DNA from: Agrococcus sp. | GTDB lineage: Bacteria > Actinomycetota > Actinomycetes > Actinomycetales > Microbacteriaceae | Reading direction: 5' to 3' | DNA: 64,000 bases | Assembly (NCBI GenBank): GCA_035704865.1 | Contig: DASSWM010000218.1 | Coordinates: 32 to 64,031 of the forward strand | Part shown: positions 29,887 to 39,063 of the stretch, one piece after another | How positions within the stretch are numbered: position 1 is the first letter of the stretch | How the letters are laid out: each line of letters opens with the position of its first letter | Position numbers and translations under genes: made by a program | Notes under the pieces: generated by a model | Databases searched by the model: none | Seen by the model: the letters and a program-made list of their open reading frames with translations, nothing else | Told to the model about the DNA's origin: nothing

Positions 29887-30378
29887 CTACACCATCGCGT
29901 CAGCGAGCACCCGCAGCAGCTCGGCCAGCCGCGCCTGGTCGTCGGCGGGGATGTCGCGCAGCAGTCGCCGCTCCGCCTCGAGCAACGCGTCGAGCGCAAC
30001 GTCGACGCGGTCGATGCCCTCGTCGGTGAGCGCGACGAGCCGCACACGGCGATCGGTCGAGCCCTCGACGCGCTCGACGAGGCCGGATGCGACCAGGTTG
30101 TCGATGCGGTTCGTCATCGTGCCGCTCGTCACCATCGTCTGTGCGATGAGGTCCTTGGGGCTGAGCGGCCCGTCGGCTCGGCGCAGCGCGGCCACGACGT
30201 CCCACTGCCAGGGCTCGAGCCCCGCCGCCTGGAACGCCTCCGCCCGCACGCGGCCGAGCTGCCGCGAGATGCGCGTCATGCGGCTGAGCACCGCGAGCGG
30301 CGTGACGTCCGCGTCGGGCCGCACGTGCATCCACTGGTGCATGATGCGGTCGACGTCGTCGCCGTGCGCTGCAGCCAT
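29887..30378 (-). CDS. MarR family regulator (TamR/PecS-like)
   Basis: 'DDVDRI..QW...RPD', 'WDVVAALRR', 'VTSGTMTNRID', 'DRR..LVALT'. Confidence 0.92.
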   Translation of the reverse strand: MAAAHGDDVDRIMHQWMHVRPDADVTPLAVLSRMTRISRQLGRVRAEAFQAAGLEPWQWDVVAALRRADGPLSPKDLIAQTMVTSGTMTNRIDNLVASGLVERVEGSTDRRVRLVALTDEGIDRVDVALDALLEAERRLLRDIPADDQARLAELLRVLADAMV

Positions 30379-30401
30379 GGGGGCAAGTCTCGCACGCGCG
30401 C

Positions 30402-30485
30402 TCGTGGCCTCTTGCTCCGCCCTCGCTCGCTGACGCTCGCGACTGGTGACGTCGCAAGAGGCCAATCGTGGCCTCTTGCTCCGCC
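30402..30485. repeat. 20-bp direct repeat overlapping the tRNA 3' end, enclosing a hairpin
   Basis: tcgtggcctcttgctccgcc at 30402-30421 and 30466-30485; gcaagaggcca-atcg-tggcctcttgc at 30454-30479. Confidence 0.8.
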
Positions 30486-30549
30486 ACCAGGATTCGAACC
30501 TGGACAAACGGCTCCAAAGGCCGCTGTGCTGCCGTTACACCATGGCGGA
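30479..30549 (-). tRNA. tRNA-Gln (anticodon TTG)
   Basis: TCCGCCATGGTGTAACGGCAGCACAGCGGCCTTTGGAGCCGTTTGTCCAGGTTCGAATCCTGGTGGCGGAG folds into a cloverleaf; divergent from the glmU region as is usual in actinobacteria. Confidence 0.97.
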
Positions 30550-30610
30550 TCGCGGCTACCAGGCTAGTCGCGCCCGAGCGGCGCCGCGCGCATCCGCCAG
30601 ACTGGTGCCC

Positions 30611-31537
30611 ATGCCCTCCACCGCCACCGCCGCCGACGTCGTCGCCGTCGCCGTCACCTACCGGCCCGACGCCGCGATCGCCGACGTGCTCGCCCGCGCG
30701 GCCGCGCAGGTCGGCGCGCTCGTGGTGCTCGACAACGACAGTCCGCCGACCGACGGCGCGCACTGGAGCGAGCAGACCGAGATCCCCGCAGGCGTCGACG
30801 TCGTGCGCGAGCCCTCCAACCGCGGGCTCGGCGCCGCCTACAACCGCGCAGCCGAGATCGCCCGCGAGCGCGGCGCCCGCTTCGTGCTGCTGCTCGACCA
30901 GGACTCGCTGCTCGAGCCCGGCTGCGTCGACGCGCTGCTGCGGCATGCCGACGCCCGCGCGGCGCGCGGCCCGCTCGGCGCCGTCGGCCCCACCTTCGTC
31001 GACGCGCGCAGCGGCGAGCGGGCCCCGTTCGTGCGGTTCGGCTTCCCGCTCAACCGCAAGCTCCACGCGCCGCCCGGCGGCGACGTCGACGCGGACTTCC
31101 TCATCTCCTCCGGCTCGCTCATCCCGCTCACAGCGCTCGAGGCGGCCGGCGGGTTCGACGAGGGCCTGTTCATCGACAGCGTCGACATGGAGTGGTGCTT
31201 CCGCGCCAAGGCGGCCGGCCTGCAGCTCGTCGGCGTCGCCGACGCCCGCATGCTGCACACGATCGGCGACGAGCTCGTGCGGCTGCCCGGCGGCGCGACC
31301 ATGTTCGTGCACTCCCCGCTGCGCCTCTACATGATGACCCGCAACCGCGCGGCGCTCTGGCGCCGGCCTGGCACGCCGCGCGTGTGGACGGCGCAGGACG
31401 TGCCGCGCATGCTCTTCAAGCTCGGCCGCATGACGGCGTTCGCGACCCCCCGCATCCGCAACGCCCGTGCCATGCTGCGCGGCCTGCGCGACGGGTGGCG
31501 CGGCCGCCAGGGGCCGCCCCCCTCAGCGCGCCGGTAG
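30611..31537 (+). CDS. Rhamnosyltransferase (GT2, RfbF/RhlC-like)
   Basis: 'NRGLGAAYN', 'LLDQDS', 'LISSGS', 'FDEGLFIDSVDMEWCFR', 'SPLRLY..TRN'. Confidence 0.87.
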   Translation: MPSTATAADVVAVAVTYRPDAAIADVLARAAAQVGALVVLDNDSPPTDGAHWSEQTEIPAGVDVVREPSNRGLGAAYNRAAEIARERGARFVLLLDQDSLLEPGCVDALLRHADARAARGPLGAVGPTFVDARSGERAPFVRFGFPLNRKLHAPPGGDVDADFLISSGSLIPLTALEAAGGFDEGLFIDSVDMEWCFRAKAAGLQLVGVADARMLHTIGDELVRLPGGATMFVHSPLRLYMMTRNRAALWRRPGTPRVWTAQDVPRMLFKLGRMTAFATPRIRNARAMLRGLRDGWRGRQGPPPSARR

Positions 31538-31575
31538 CCTGGGGGCGCAACCGTACGCATCCGATGGGAGAGCCC

Positions 31576-33006
31576 GTGCCCCAGGTCGCCGTCATCGTCC
31601 TCGCCGCCGGCGCGGGCACCCGCATGAAGAGCCGCACGCCCAAGCCGCTGCACCCGCTCGCGGGCAAGCCGCTCATCGCGCACGTGCTGCGCACCGCCGG
31701 CGAGCTGCACCCCGCGTCGATCGTCACGGTCGTGCGGCACGAGCGCGACCGCATGGCCGAGGCCGTGCTCGAGTTCGCCCCGCACGTGCTCATCGCCGAC
31801 CAGGACGACGTGCCCGGCACGGGCCGCGCCGTCGAGCAGGGGCTGGATGCGCTGCAGGGCTTCGAGGGGCACGTGGTCGTGCTCTCGGGGGACGTGCCGC
31901 TCATCGACGCCGACACCCTGCGCGGCCTGATCGACCAGCACGAGCGCGAGGGCAACCAGCTGACGCTGCTCTCGGCGCACCTGCCCGACCCGACGGGGCT
32001 CGGCCGCATCGTGCGCGACGACGCCGGCGCGTTCCAGCGCATCGTCGAGCAGAAGGACGCGAGCGAGGCCGAGCGCGCGATCGACGAGGTCAACGGCGGC
32101 ATCTACGTCTTCGACGCCGCCGCGCTGCGGGCGGCGCTCGCGACCATCGACCGCGACAACGCGCAGGGCGAGATGTACCTCACCGACGCCGCGGTGCGCA
32201 TCCAGGCCTCCGGCGGCCGCATCGCGGCGGTCGCGTGCTCCGACAGCTGGGCGATCTGGGGCATCAACGACCGCGTGCAGCTCGCCGCGGCCGCGCACGA
32301 GCTCAACGACCGCATCATCCGCCGCTGGCAGCGCGACGGCGTCACGGTCGCCGACCCCGCGTCGACGTGGATCGACGTCGACGTCTCGCTCGCCGAGGAC
32401 GTCACGATCCTGCCCGGATCCCAGCTGCACGGCGCCACCGCGGTGGCGGCCGGCGCGACGATCGGGCCCGACACGACGCTCGTCGACACCGAGGTGGGCG
32501 AGGACGCGGTCGTGAAGCGCACCGACGCGACCCTCTCCGTCATCGGTGCCCGCGCATCCGTCGGCCCGTGGGCCTACCTGCGCCCCAACTCGGTCGTCGG
32601 CGACGACGGCAAGGTCGGCACCTTCGTCGAGACGAAGAACACGCAGATCGGCGCCGGCAGCAAGATCCCGCACCTGTCGTACATCGGCGACACGACCGTC
32701 GGCGACGGCTCCAACATCGGGGCGGGCACCATCACCGCCAACTACGACGGCGTCGAGAAGCACCGCACGACCATCGGCTCGCATGTCCGCACCGGCAGCG
32801 ACAACGTGTTCGTCGCGCCCGTGACGATCGGCGACGGCGCCTACACTGGTGCAGGCACGGTCGTCCGCAAGGATGTCGAGCCTGGCGCGCTGGCGATCTC
32901 GGTCGCCCCGCAGCGCAACATGACGGGCTGGGTCGAGGCGAATCGCCCTGGGACGAAGGCGGCCGACGCGGCAGCGGCGGCGAACAACGAGGCACCTGAG
33001 GCCTAG
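31576..33006 (+). CDS. glmU: Bifunctional UDP-GlcNAc pyrophosphorylase / GlcN-1-P acetyltransferase
   Basis: 'LAAGAGTRMKS', 'QGEMYLTD', hexapeptide repeats, 'HLSYIGD', 'NYDG'. Confidence 0.96.
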   Translation: MPQVAVIVLAAGAGTRMKSRTPKPLHPLAGKPLIAHVLRTAGELHPASIVTVVRHERDRMAEAVLEFAPHVLIADQDDVPGTGRAVEQGLDALQGFEGHVVVLSGDVPLIDADTLRGLIDQHEREGNQLTLLSAHLPDPTGLGRIVRDDAGAFQRIVEQKDASEAERAIDEVNGGIYVFDAAALRAALATIDRDNAQGEMYLTDAAVRIQASGGRIAAVACSDSWAIWGINDRVQLAAAAHELNDRIIRRWQRDGVTVADPASTWIDVDVSLAEDVTILPGSQLHGATAVAAGATIGPDTTLVDTEVGEDAVVKRTDATLSVIGARASVGPWAYLRPNSVVGDDGKVGTFVETKNTQIGAGSKIPHLSYIGDTTVGDGSNIGAGTITANYDGVEKHRTTIGSHVRTGSDNVFVAPVTIGDGAYTGAGTVVRKDVEPGALAISVAPQRNMTGWVEANRPGTKAADAAAAANNEAPEA

Positions 33007-33017
33007 GAGGCACCCGA

Positions 33018-33995
33018 GTGGGATCGATCGTCGCGAAGAACCGCAAGCACCTCGTTCTGGCGACCGGCAGGTCGCACCCCGAGCTCGCGAGCTCCGTCGC
33101 GGCAGAGATGGGTGCCGACCTCATGGACGTCGACATCCGCACCTTCGCGAACGGCGAGATCTACGCCCGCTTCCAGGGGTCGGTGCGCGGTGCCGACGTG
33201 TTCATCCTGCAGTCGTACTGCCGGCCCGTGAACGAGTGGCTCATGGAACAGCTCATCATGGTCGACGCGCTCAAGCGCGCGAGCGCCAAGCGCATCACGG
33301 TCGTCATGCCCTACTACCCCTACTCGCGGCAGGACAAGAAGGGCCGCGGCCGCGAGCCCATCTCGGCGCGCCTCATCGCAGACCTGTTCAAGACCGCCGG
33401 CGCCGACCGCATCATGTCGATCGACATCCACGCGTCGCAGATCCAGGGCTTCTTCGACGGCCCCTTCGACCACCTCTTCGCCATGCCGGTGCTGCTCGAG
33501 CACTTCAAGCACACCGTCGACCCCGAGACGCTCACGGTCGTCTCGCCCGACATGGGCCGCGTGCGCGTCGCCGACGTCTGGAGCGACAAGCTCGGCGCGC
33601 CGCTCGCCATCATCCACAAGCGCCGCGACCCGCTCGTGCCGAACCAGGTCTCGGTGCACGAGATCGTCGGCAAGGTGCGTGGCCGCACGTGCCTGCTGGT
33701 CGACGACATGATCGACACCGGCCGCACCATCGTGCGGGCGGCCGAGGCGCTCAAGGCCAACGGCGCGACGAACGTGATCGTCGCCGCGACGCACGCGATC
33801 TTCTCCGACCCGGCGGGCGAGATCCTCAACTCCGACGTCATCGACAAGGTGGTCGTCACCGACACGCTGCCGCTGCGCGACGACCAGCGCTTCGAGAAGC
33901 TCGAGGTGCTCTCGATCGCCCCGCTGCTCGCCCGCGCCATCACCGAGGTCTTCGAGGACGGCTCGGTCACGAGCCTGTTCGACGGCGCCGCCTGA
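33018..33995 (+). CDS. prs: Ribose-phosphate pyrophosphokinase
   Basis: 'FANGE', 'YSRQDKK', 'VDDMIDTG'. Confidence 0.97.
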   Translation: MGSIVAKNRKHLVLATGRSHPELASSVAAEMGADLMDVDIRTFANGEIYARFQGSVRGADVFILQSYCRPVNEWLMEQLIMVDALKRASAKRITVVMPYYPYSRQDKKGRGREPISARLIADLFKTAGADRIMSIDIHASQIQGFFDGPFDHLFAMPVLLEHFKHTVDPETLTVVSPDMGRVRVADVWSDKLGAPLAIIHKRRDPLVPNQVSVHEIVGKVRGRTCLLVDDMIDTGRTIVRAAEALKANGATNVIVAATHAIFSDPAGEILNSDVIDKVVVTDTLPLRDDQRFEKLEVLSIAPLLARAITEVFEDGSVTSLFDGAA

Positions 33996-34083
33996 GGCGC
34001 CGGCGGCTCTCGCCGCCAGCGTCGCCCCAGAGCAGGCCGTACGGCGACTGGTGCAGCTGCGCCCCATCGGTGCTGACGTGCCG

Positions 34084-34169
34084 GCACGTGTCGGACGCAC
34101 ATGCACATGTCGGGCGCAAGTGCACGCGTCGAGCGCAGCAGCAGGTGTCGGGCGCACGCGCACCCGTCG
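34084..34169. repeat. About 4.5 degenerate tandem copies of a 19-bp unit
   Basis: GCACRYGTCGRRCGCAnnn at 34084, 34103, 34122, 34141 and partial at 34160. Confidence 0.8.
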
Positions 34170-34204
34170 CCGATGCGGCAGTCGCGCGGCCGTAGGCTGA
34201 ACGG

Positions 34205-35332
34205 ATGCAGATCGTCGAGCAGCGCGACCTCGACTGCGCCTACTTCGACGCCTGGCGCTGCCGCTCCTGCACGTTGCTCGAGACGCCGTACGCGCGCCAG
34301 CTCGCCGAGCAGCAGGCGCGCATCGAGGCGCTGCTGCCCGAGATGGCGTGGGATGCGCCGCACGCCAGTGCCGTCGGAGGGTTCCGGAACAAGGCCAAGA
34401 TGGCCGTCGCCGGCACCCTCGACGCCCCGACGATCGGCATCCTCGCGGCCGACGGCACGGGCATCGACCTGCAGGCGTGCCCGCTCCACGAGCGGCCGAT
34501 CGTCGACGCGATGCGCGCGATCGAGCGGCTCGTGCGCGACGCGCGACTCACCCCGTACGACGTGCCGAGCCGGCGCGGGGAGCTCAAGCACCTCATCCTC
34601 ACCTCGTCTCCCGACGGCGAGCTCGCGCTGCGCATCGTGCTGCGCTCGAGCGAGGCGCTGTCGCGCATCCGCAAGCACCTCGGCCTGCTCGACGCGCTGC
34701 CGCTCGCGAGCGTCTCGGTCAACCTGCAGCCCGAGCACAAGGCCGTGCTCGAGGGTGACGAGGAGCTGCTGCTCGCCGGCGCGGGCGTGCTCGTCATGCG
34801 CGTCAACGGCATCGGCCTGCGCCTGCGCCCCCGCAGCTTCTTCCAGACCAACACGGCCGTCGCATCCGCCCTCTACCGGCAGGCGACCGCCTGGATCGAC
34901 GAGGCCGGCCCCGCGAGCCTGCTCGATCTCTACTGCGGCGTCGGCGGGTTCGCGCTGCATGCCGCGCGCCCGGGTCGGCGCGTCGCGGGCGTCGAGGTCA
35001 CGGCCTCTGGCGTCCAGGCCGCCCGCGAGACGGCGGCCGAGCTGGGGGCGGATGCGTCGTTCGCGGTCGGCGACGCCGGCTCGGTCGATCTCGAGGGCGC
35101 GCAGGCGCCCGAGCTCGTGGTCGTGAACCCGCCGCGCCGCGGCATCGGGTCCCTCGCGGCGCGACTGGACGCATCCGCCGTGGACCGTGTCGTGTACTCG
35201 AGCTGCAACCCGGCGACGCTCGCGAAGGACCTCGCGGCGATGCCCGGCTTCCGGCCGCTGCGGGGGCGCGTGTTCGACATGTTCCCGCACACCGAGCACG
35301 CTGAGGTGCTGGTCGAGCTCGCCCGCCGCTGA
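34205..35332 (+). CDS. rlmC: 23S rRNA m5U methyltransferase (RlmC/TrmA family)
   Basis: 'CAYFDAWRCRSC' Fe-S motif, 'FFQTN', 'DLYCGVG', 'VNPPRRG', 'YSSCNP', 'DMFPHT.H.E'. Confidence 0.85.
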   Translation: MQIVEQRDLDCAYFDAWRCRSCTLLETPYARQLAEQQARIEALLPEMAWDAPHASAVGGFRNKAKMAVAGTLDAPTIGILAADGTGIDLQACPLHERPIVDAMRAIERLVRDARLTPYDVPSRRGELKHLILTSSPDGELALRIVLRSSEALSRIRKHLGLLDALPLASVSVNLQPEHKAVLEGDEELLLAGAGVLVMRVNGIGLRLRPRSFFQTNTAVASALYRQATAWIDEAGPASLLDLYCGVGGFALHAARPGRRVAGVEVTASGVQAARETAAELGADASFAVGDAGSVDLEGAQAPELVVVNPPRRGIGSLAARLDASAVDRVVYSSCNPATLAKDLAAMPGFRPLRGRVFDMFPHTEHAEVLVELARR

Positions 35333-35623
35333 CGCGCCTGCCTGCCCCTCGGGGGCCGGTCGATCCGCTGTCGCGCGAGCCTCTCGATTCGCCATGGGCG
35401 CGCTTTCATGAGAGTGTGAAAGGACTGGCCGATGGCCAGCACCGGTGCTTGATCGCCTCGCCTGAGTCGCATGCTGACCGCATCGCAGACCCGCTTGTGC
35501 GGCGCCGGTGGCGCCCCGCGGGAGACGCCCGCGAGATCGAGCCGGACTCGATATGAGCCGTAGCGCGGCACGTCATCCGGCGTGCCCGCACGGCAGCGGT
35601 GGGCGCTGGATGAGAGGAACTGG

Positions 35624-37345
35624 ATGCCGCCCGCGCAGGAGATCGCACAGCTCGGAATCATCGCAGTCGTCGTGCTGCTCGTCGTCTTCTACGGCGGCAC
35701 GCTGCTCATGACGCTCGGCATCGGCCGCAAGAAGGAGAACGCCGACGGCTACATGACCGCGGGCAACAAGATCGGCTTCGGCATCTCGGCCGCATCGATG
35801 ACCGCCACGTGGATCTGGGCCTCCTCCATGTACGCCTCGGCGACCGCCGGCTACACCTACGGCGTCTCCGGCCCCATCCACTACGGCCTCTGGGGCGCGC
35901 TGATGATCCTGTTCATCTACCCCTTCGGCAGGCGCATCCGCAAGGTGGCGCCGAAGGCCCACACGCTCGCGGAGGTCATGTACGCCCGCCACGGCCGCTC
36001 CTCGCAGCTCATGCTCGCCGGCTCCAACGTGCTCGGCTCGGTCATCTCGCTCACCTCGAACTTCATCGCCGGCGGCGCGCTCATCGCGATGCTCTCGCCG
36101 CTCGACTTCGGCGCGGGCATCCTCATCATCGCCGGCGGCGTGCTGCTCTACACGCTCTGGTCGGGCTTCCGCGCGTCGGTGCTGACCGACTTCGCGCAGG
36201 TCGTCGCCATGCTGGGCGCGGTCGTCGTCGTCATCCCGGTCATCTTCTTCGCCGCCGGAGGCCCGGGGATGTTCGAGGCCGGCGTCGCCGCCGGCAACGT
36301 GACGCCGCAGCAGCAGGACTTCTTCTCGTCGGATGCGTTCCTCAACCAGGGCGCGCCCTACATCGCCGCCGTGCTCGCCTACGCCATCGGCAACCAGACG
36401 ATCGCGCAGCGGCTGTTCGCGGTGCGCGAAGACCTCATCAAGCCCACGTTCATCACCGCGACGATCGGCTACGGCGCCACCGTCATCGGCATCGGCATGG
36501 TCGGCGTCATGGCGCTCTACCTCGGCATCGATCCGATGAACGGCGACATCAACAACCTGCTGCCGCAGATGGCCGCGACCTACCTGCCGTGGGCGCTGCT
36601 GGCGCTCGCCTTCGTGATGATCATCGGCGCGCTGTCGTCGACCGCGGACTCCGATCTGGCGGCCCTGTCGTCGATCGTGATGACCGACGTCTACGGCCAG
36701 TCGGTCGGCAAGGACAAGGCGAGCCCGAAGACGATGCTGCTCATCGGCCGCATCACGATGATCGTCGCCACCGGCGCAGCGCTCTACTTCGCGACCAGCC
36801 AGTTCAACATCCTCGACCTGCTGGTCTTCGTCGGCGCGCTCTGGGGCTGCCTGGTGTTCCCGGTGATCGCGTCCTTCTACTGGAAGAAGGTCACGAACCT
36901 CGCCTTCACCGCATCCGTGATCGCGGCGCTCGTGGTGTTCCTGCCGGTGCGCTTCGAGTGGGTCTCGCTCACGGGCGTGCTCGCGCTCCCGATCGAGCTG
37001 CTCGCGACGATCGGCATCGGCGTGGTGCTCGGCATCATGGCGTTCGGCTTCTTCGGGCTGCGCATCGGCATGGCCGTCGGCATCATCGCCATGCTCGCCG
37101 CCGCACCGTTCACGCTCTTCTTCCTGCGCGACTACACGGTGCTGTCGGCGTCGCTCGTCGCCTACGCCGTCTCGTTCCTGGTGTGCTACCTGCTGTCGTT
37201 CCGCTCCAAGCAGCGCTTCGACTTCTCCACCATCAAGGACATGACGGGCGACTTCGACCCCGAGGCCCCGCGGTCGCCGCGGGCGGCCGACGCCGCCGAT
37301 GCGGCCGACGGCTCCGACGCCGCGACCGTCCGAGCACGAGACTGA
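35624..37345 (+). CDS. Sodium:solute symporter (SSS), DUR3/urea-transporter-like branch
   Basis: 'ASMTATWIWASS', 'APKAHTL.E', 'SVLTDFAQ', 'SSTADSDL'; GAGAGGA RBS. Confidence 0.88.
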   Translation: MPPAQEIAQLGIIAVVVLLVVFYGGTLLMTLGIGRKKENADGYMTAGNKIGFGISAASMTATWIWASSMYASATAGYTYGVSGPIHYGLWGALMILFIYPFGRRIRKVAPKAHTLAEVMYARHGRSSQLMLAGSNVLGSVISLTSNFIAGGALIAMLSPLDFGAGILIIAGGVLLYTLWSGFRASVLTDFAQVVAMLGAVVVVIPVIFFAAGGPGMFEAGVAAGNVTPQQQDFFSSDAFLNQGAPYIAAVLAYAIGNQTIAQRLFAVREDLIKPTFITATIGYGATVIGIGMVGVMALYLGIDPMNGDINNLLPQMAATYLPWALLALAFVMIIGALSSTADSDLAALSSIVMTDVYGQSVGKDKASPKTMLLIGRITMIVATGAALYFATSQFNILDLLVFVGALWGCLVFPVIASFYWKKVTNLAFTASVIAALVVFLPVRFEWVSLTGVLALPIELLATIGIGVVLGIMAFGFFGLRIGMAVGIIAMLAAAPFTLFFLRDYTVLSASLVAYAVSFLVCYLLSFRSKQRFDFSTIKDMTGDFDPEAPRSPRAADAADAADGSDAATVRARD

Positions 37346-37358
37346 CCGGAGGGATCCC

Positions 37359-37487
37359 ATGACCATCGCACTCACCATCTACTTCCTCGTCTGGCCCGTG
37401 ATCGTCGCCGGCGTGCTGCTCGTCATCTGCCGCGGCTTCCTCCGCGAGCTGCGGCAGGCGAAGCGCGAGGGCCGCCCGATCATCTGA
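37359..37487 (+). CDS. Putative transporter small subunit (42 aa, single TM)
   Basis: MTIALTIYFLVWPVIVAGVLLVICRGFLRELRQAKREGRPII; GGAGG RBS; directly after the SSS gene. Confidence 0.8.
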   Translation: MTIALTIYFLVWPVIVAGVLLVICRGFLRELRQAKREGRPII

Positions 37488-37635
37488 CGCCCTCGAGCGT
37501 CCTGGGCGCACAACGCAAGCCCGCGCGGCGACTCGCGCGGCCGGTGGGCCGTGCGGCACCTCCCCGCCGCGGAACGTCGACGCCGGGCTTGCGTCGTGCA
37601 CCGGCCGTTCACCGGCAGCCGCTAGCGTCGCCATC

Positions 37636-38958
37636 GTGACCCAGCTCGAGCGCCGCATCGGCGTGCCCGGTGCCATCGCGATCGGCATGGGCGCGATGAT
37701 CGGCGCCGGCCTCTTCTTCGTCTGGGCGCCCGCGGCGGCGCTCGCCGGGCCGATGCTGCCGGCGGCGATCGCGCTCGCGGGCGCGATCGCGGTGCTCAAC
37801 GCCCTCTCGACCGCGCAGCTCGCGATGGAGCACCCCGTCTCAGGCGGCGCCTATGCGTACGGCCGCGCCGAGGTCGGCGAGCGCGTGGGCTTCACGGCCG
37901 GCTGGATGTTCCTCACCGGGAAGACCGCCTCGGCGGCCGCGATCGCGGTGATCGCCGGGCAGCACCTGTGGCCCGAGCACGCCCATGCGGTCGCGGCGGT
38001 CGCCGTCGCCGCGCTCGCGCTGCTCAACATGCTGGGCGTGCGCGTCACCGCGTGGGTCTCGAGCGGCATCGTCGCCATCGTCCTCGTCGTCGTCGTGATC
38101 GCGCTCGTGTGGGCGGCGACGGGCGGGCCGACCGCCGAGACCGTCGGCTGGCTCGCCTACGCGCCGCTGTCGCAGGCCGCGCTGCCCGACGGCGACTTCG
38201 GCTTCGTCGGCGGCAGCGCCGGAGCGCCCGCGGGCGGCGGCCCGCTCGGCTGGCTCACCGCCGCCGGCATGCTCTTCTTCGCCTTCGCCGGCTACGCCCG
38301 CATGGCGACGCTCGGCGAGGAGGTGCGGCAGCCGCGCCGCACGCTGCCGATCGCGATCGTGCTCGGCCTCGGCGTCGTGCTCGCGCTCTACGCGGCCGTC
38401 GGCTGGGCGACGAGCGCACGACTCGGCGCGCTCCTGCCGGCCTCCGCGACGCCGGTCGCCGACCTGGTCGCGCACCCCGTGCTGCACGCCGTCGTGCTGG
38501 GCGCCGGCGCGCTCGCGTGCCTCGGCTCGCTCATGGGCATCCTCGCGGGACTCAGCCGCACGGGGCTCGCGATGGCCCGCAACCGCGACCTGCCCGGCCC
38601 GCTCTCGACCGTCGCGCGCCGCACGCGCACGCCGGTCGTCGCCGAGGCGACCACCGCGATCGCGGCGATGGCTGCCGCCCTGCTGCTGCCCGCCGGCGGC
38701 CTCGTCGCCTTCTCATCCACGTGCGTGCTCACCTACTACGCGGTCGCGCACATCTCGGCGATCCGGATGCGTCGCGGCAGCCGGGCGGGCACGCGCGGCG
38801 CGGGCGCGGTGCGGATGTGGCTGCCGGGCTGGCTGCCCTGGATCGGCGTCGTCGCGTGCCTCGGCGTCGTGCTCACGCTGCCCTGGCAGGGCGTCGTCGG
38901 GGCCGCCGCCTGGCTCGCGCTGGGCCTCGGCGCGCGGGAGCTGGCGCAGCGGCGCTGA
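37636..38958 (+). CDS. APC family amino acid permease
   Basis: 'GAMIGAG', 'PVSGGAYAY', 'FFAFAGY', 'GEEVRQPRR'. Confidence 0.88.
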   Translation: MTQLERRIGVPGAIAIGMGAMIGAGLFFVWAPAAALAGPMLPAAIALAGAIAVLNALSTAQLAMEHPVSGGAYAYGRAEVGERVGFTAGWMFLTGKTASAAAIAVIAGQHLWPEHAHAVAAVAVAALALLNMLGVRVTAWVSSGIVAIVLVVVVIALVWAATGGPTAETVGWLAYAPLSQAALPDGDFGFVGGSAGAPAGGGPLGWLTAAGMLFFAFAGYARMATLGEEVRQPRRTLPIAIVLGLGVVLALYAAVGWATSARLGALLPASATPVADLVAHPVLHAVVLGAGALACLGSLMGILAGLSRTGLAMARNRDLPGPLSTVARRTRTPVVAEATTAIAAMAAALLLPAGGLVAFSSTCVLTYYAVAHISAIRMRRGSRAGTRGAGAVRMWLPGWLPWIGVVACLGVVLTLPWQGVVGAAAWLALGLGARELAQRR

Positions 38959-39063
38959 GCTCGATCGCGCGGTCGTGATCGCGGGGAGCGGACACCGGGC
39001 GCGCGGCGGTCGCGCGCATCGCGCGCTGCCGTACCGTGGCCGGTCGACCTGAGAGGAGCATCC

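Noticed and set aside
28200-30549. Prophage or integrative element at tRNA-Gln
   Set aside because: No integrase, transposase or phage genes; only short scars are present
35404-35452. SAM-I riboswitch resemblance (gagag..ggactggcc.gat..cagca.cc.ggtgct)
   Set aside because: Lacks the AUC/GAU P1 core, GCAACC and a P4; the similarity is superficial
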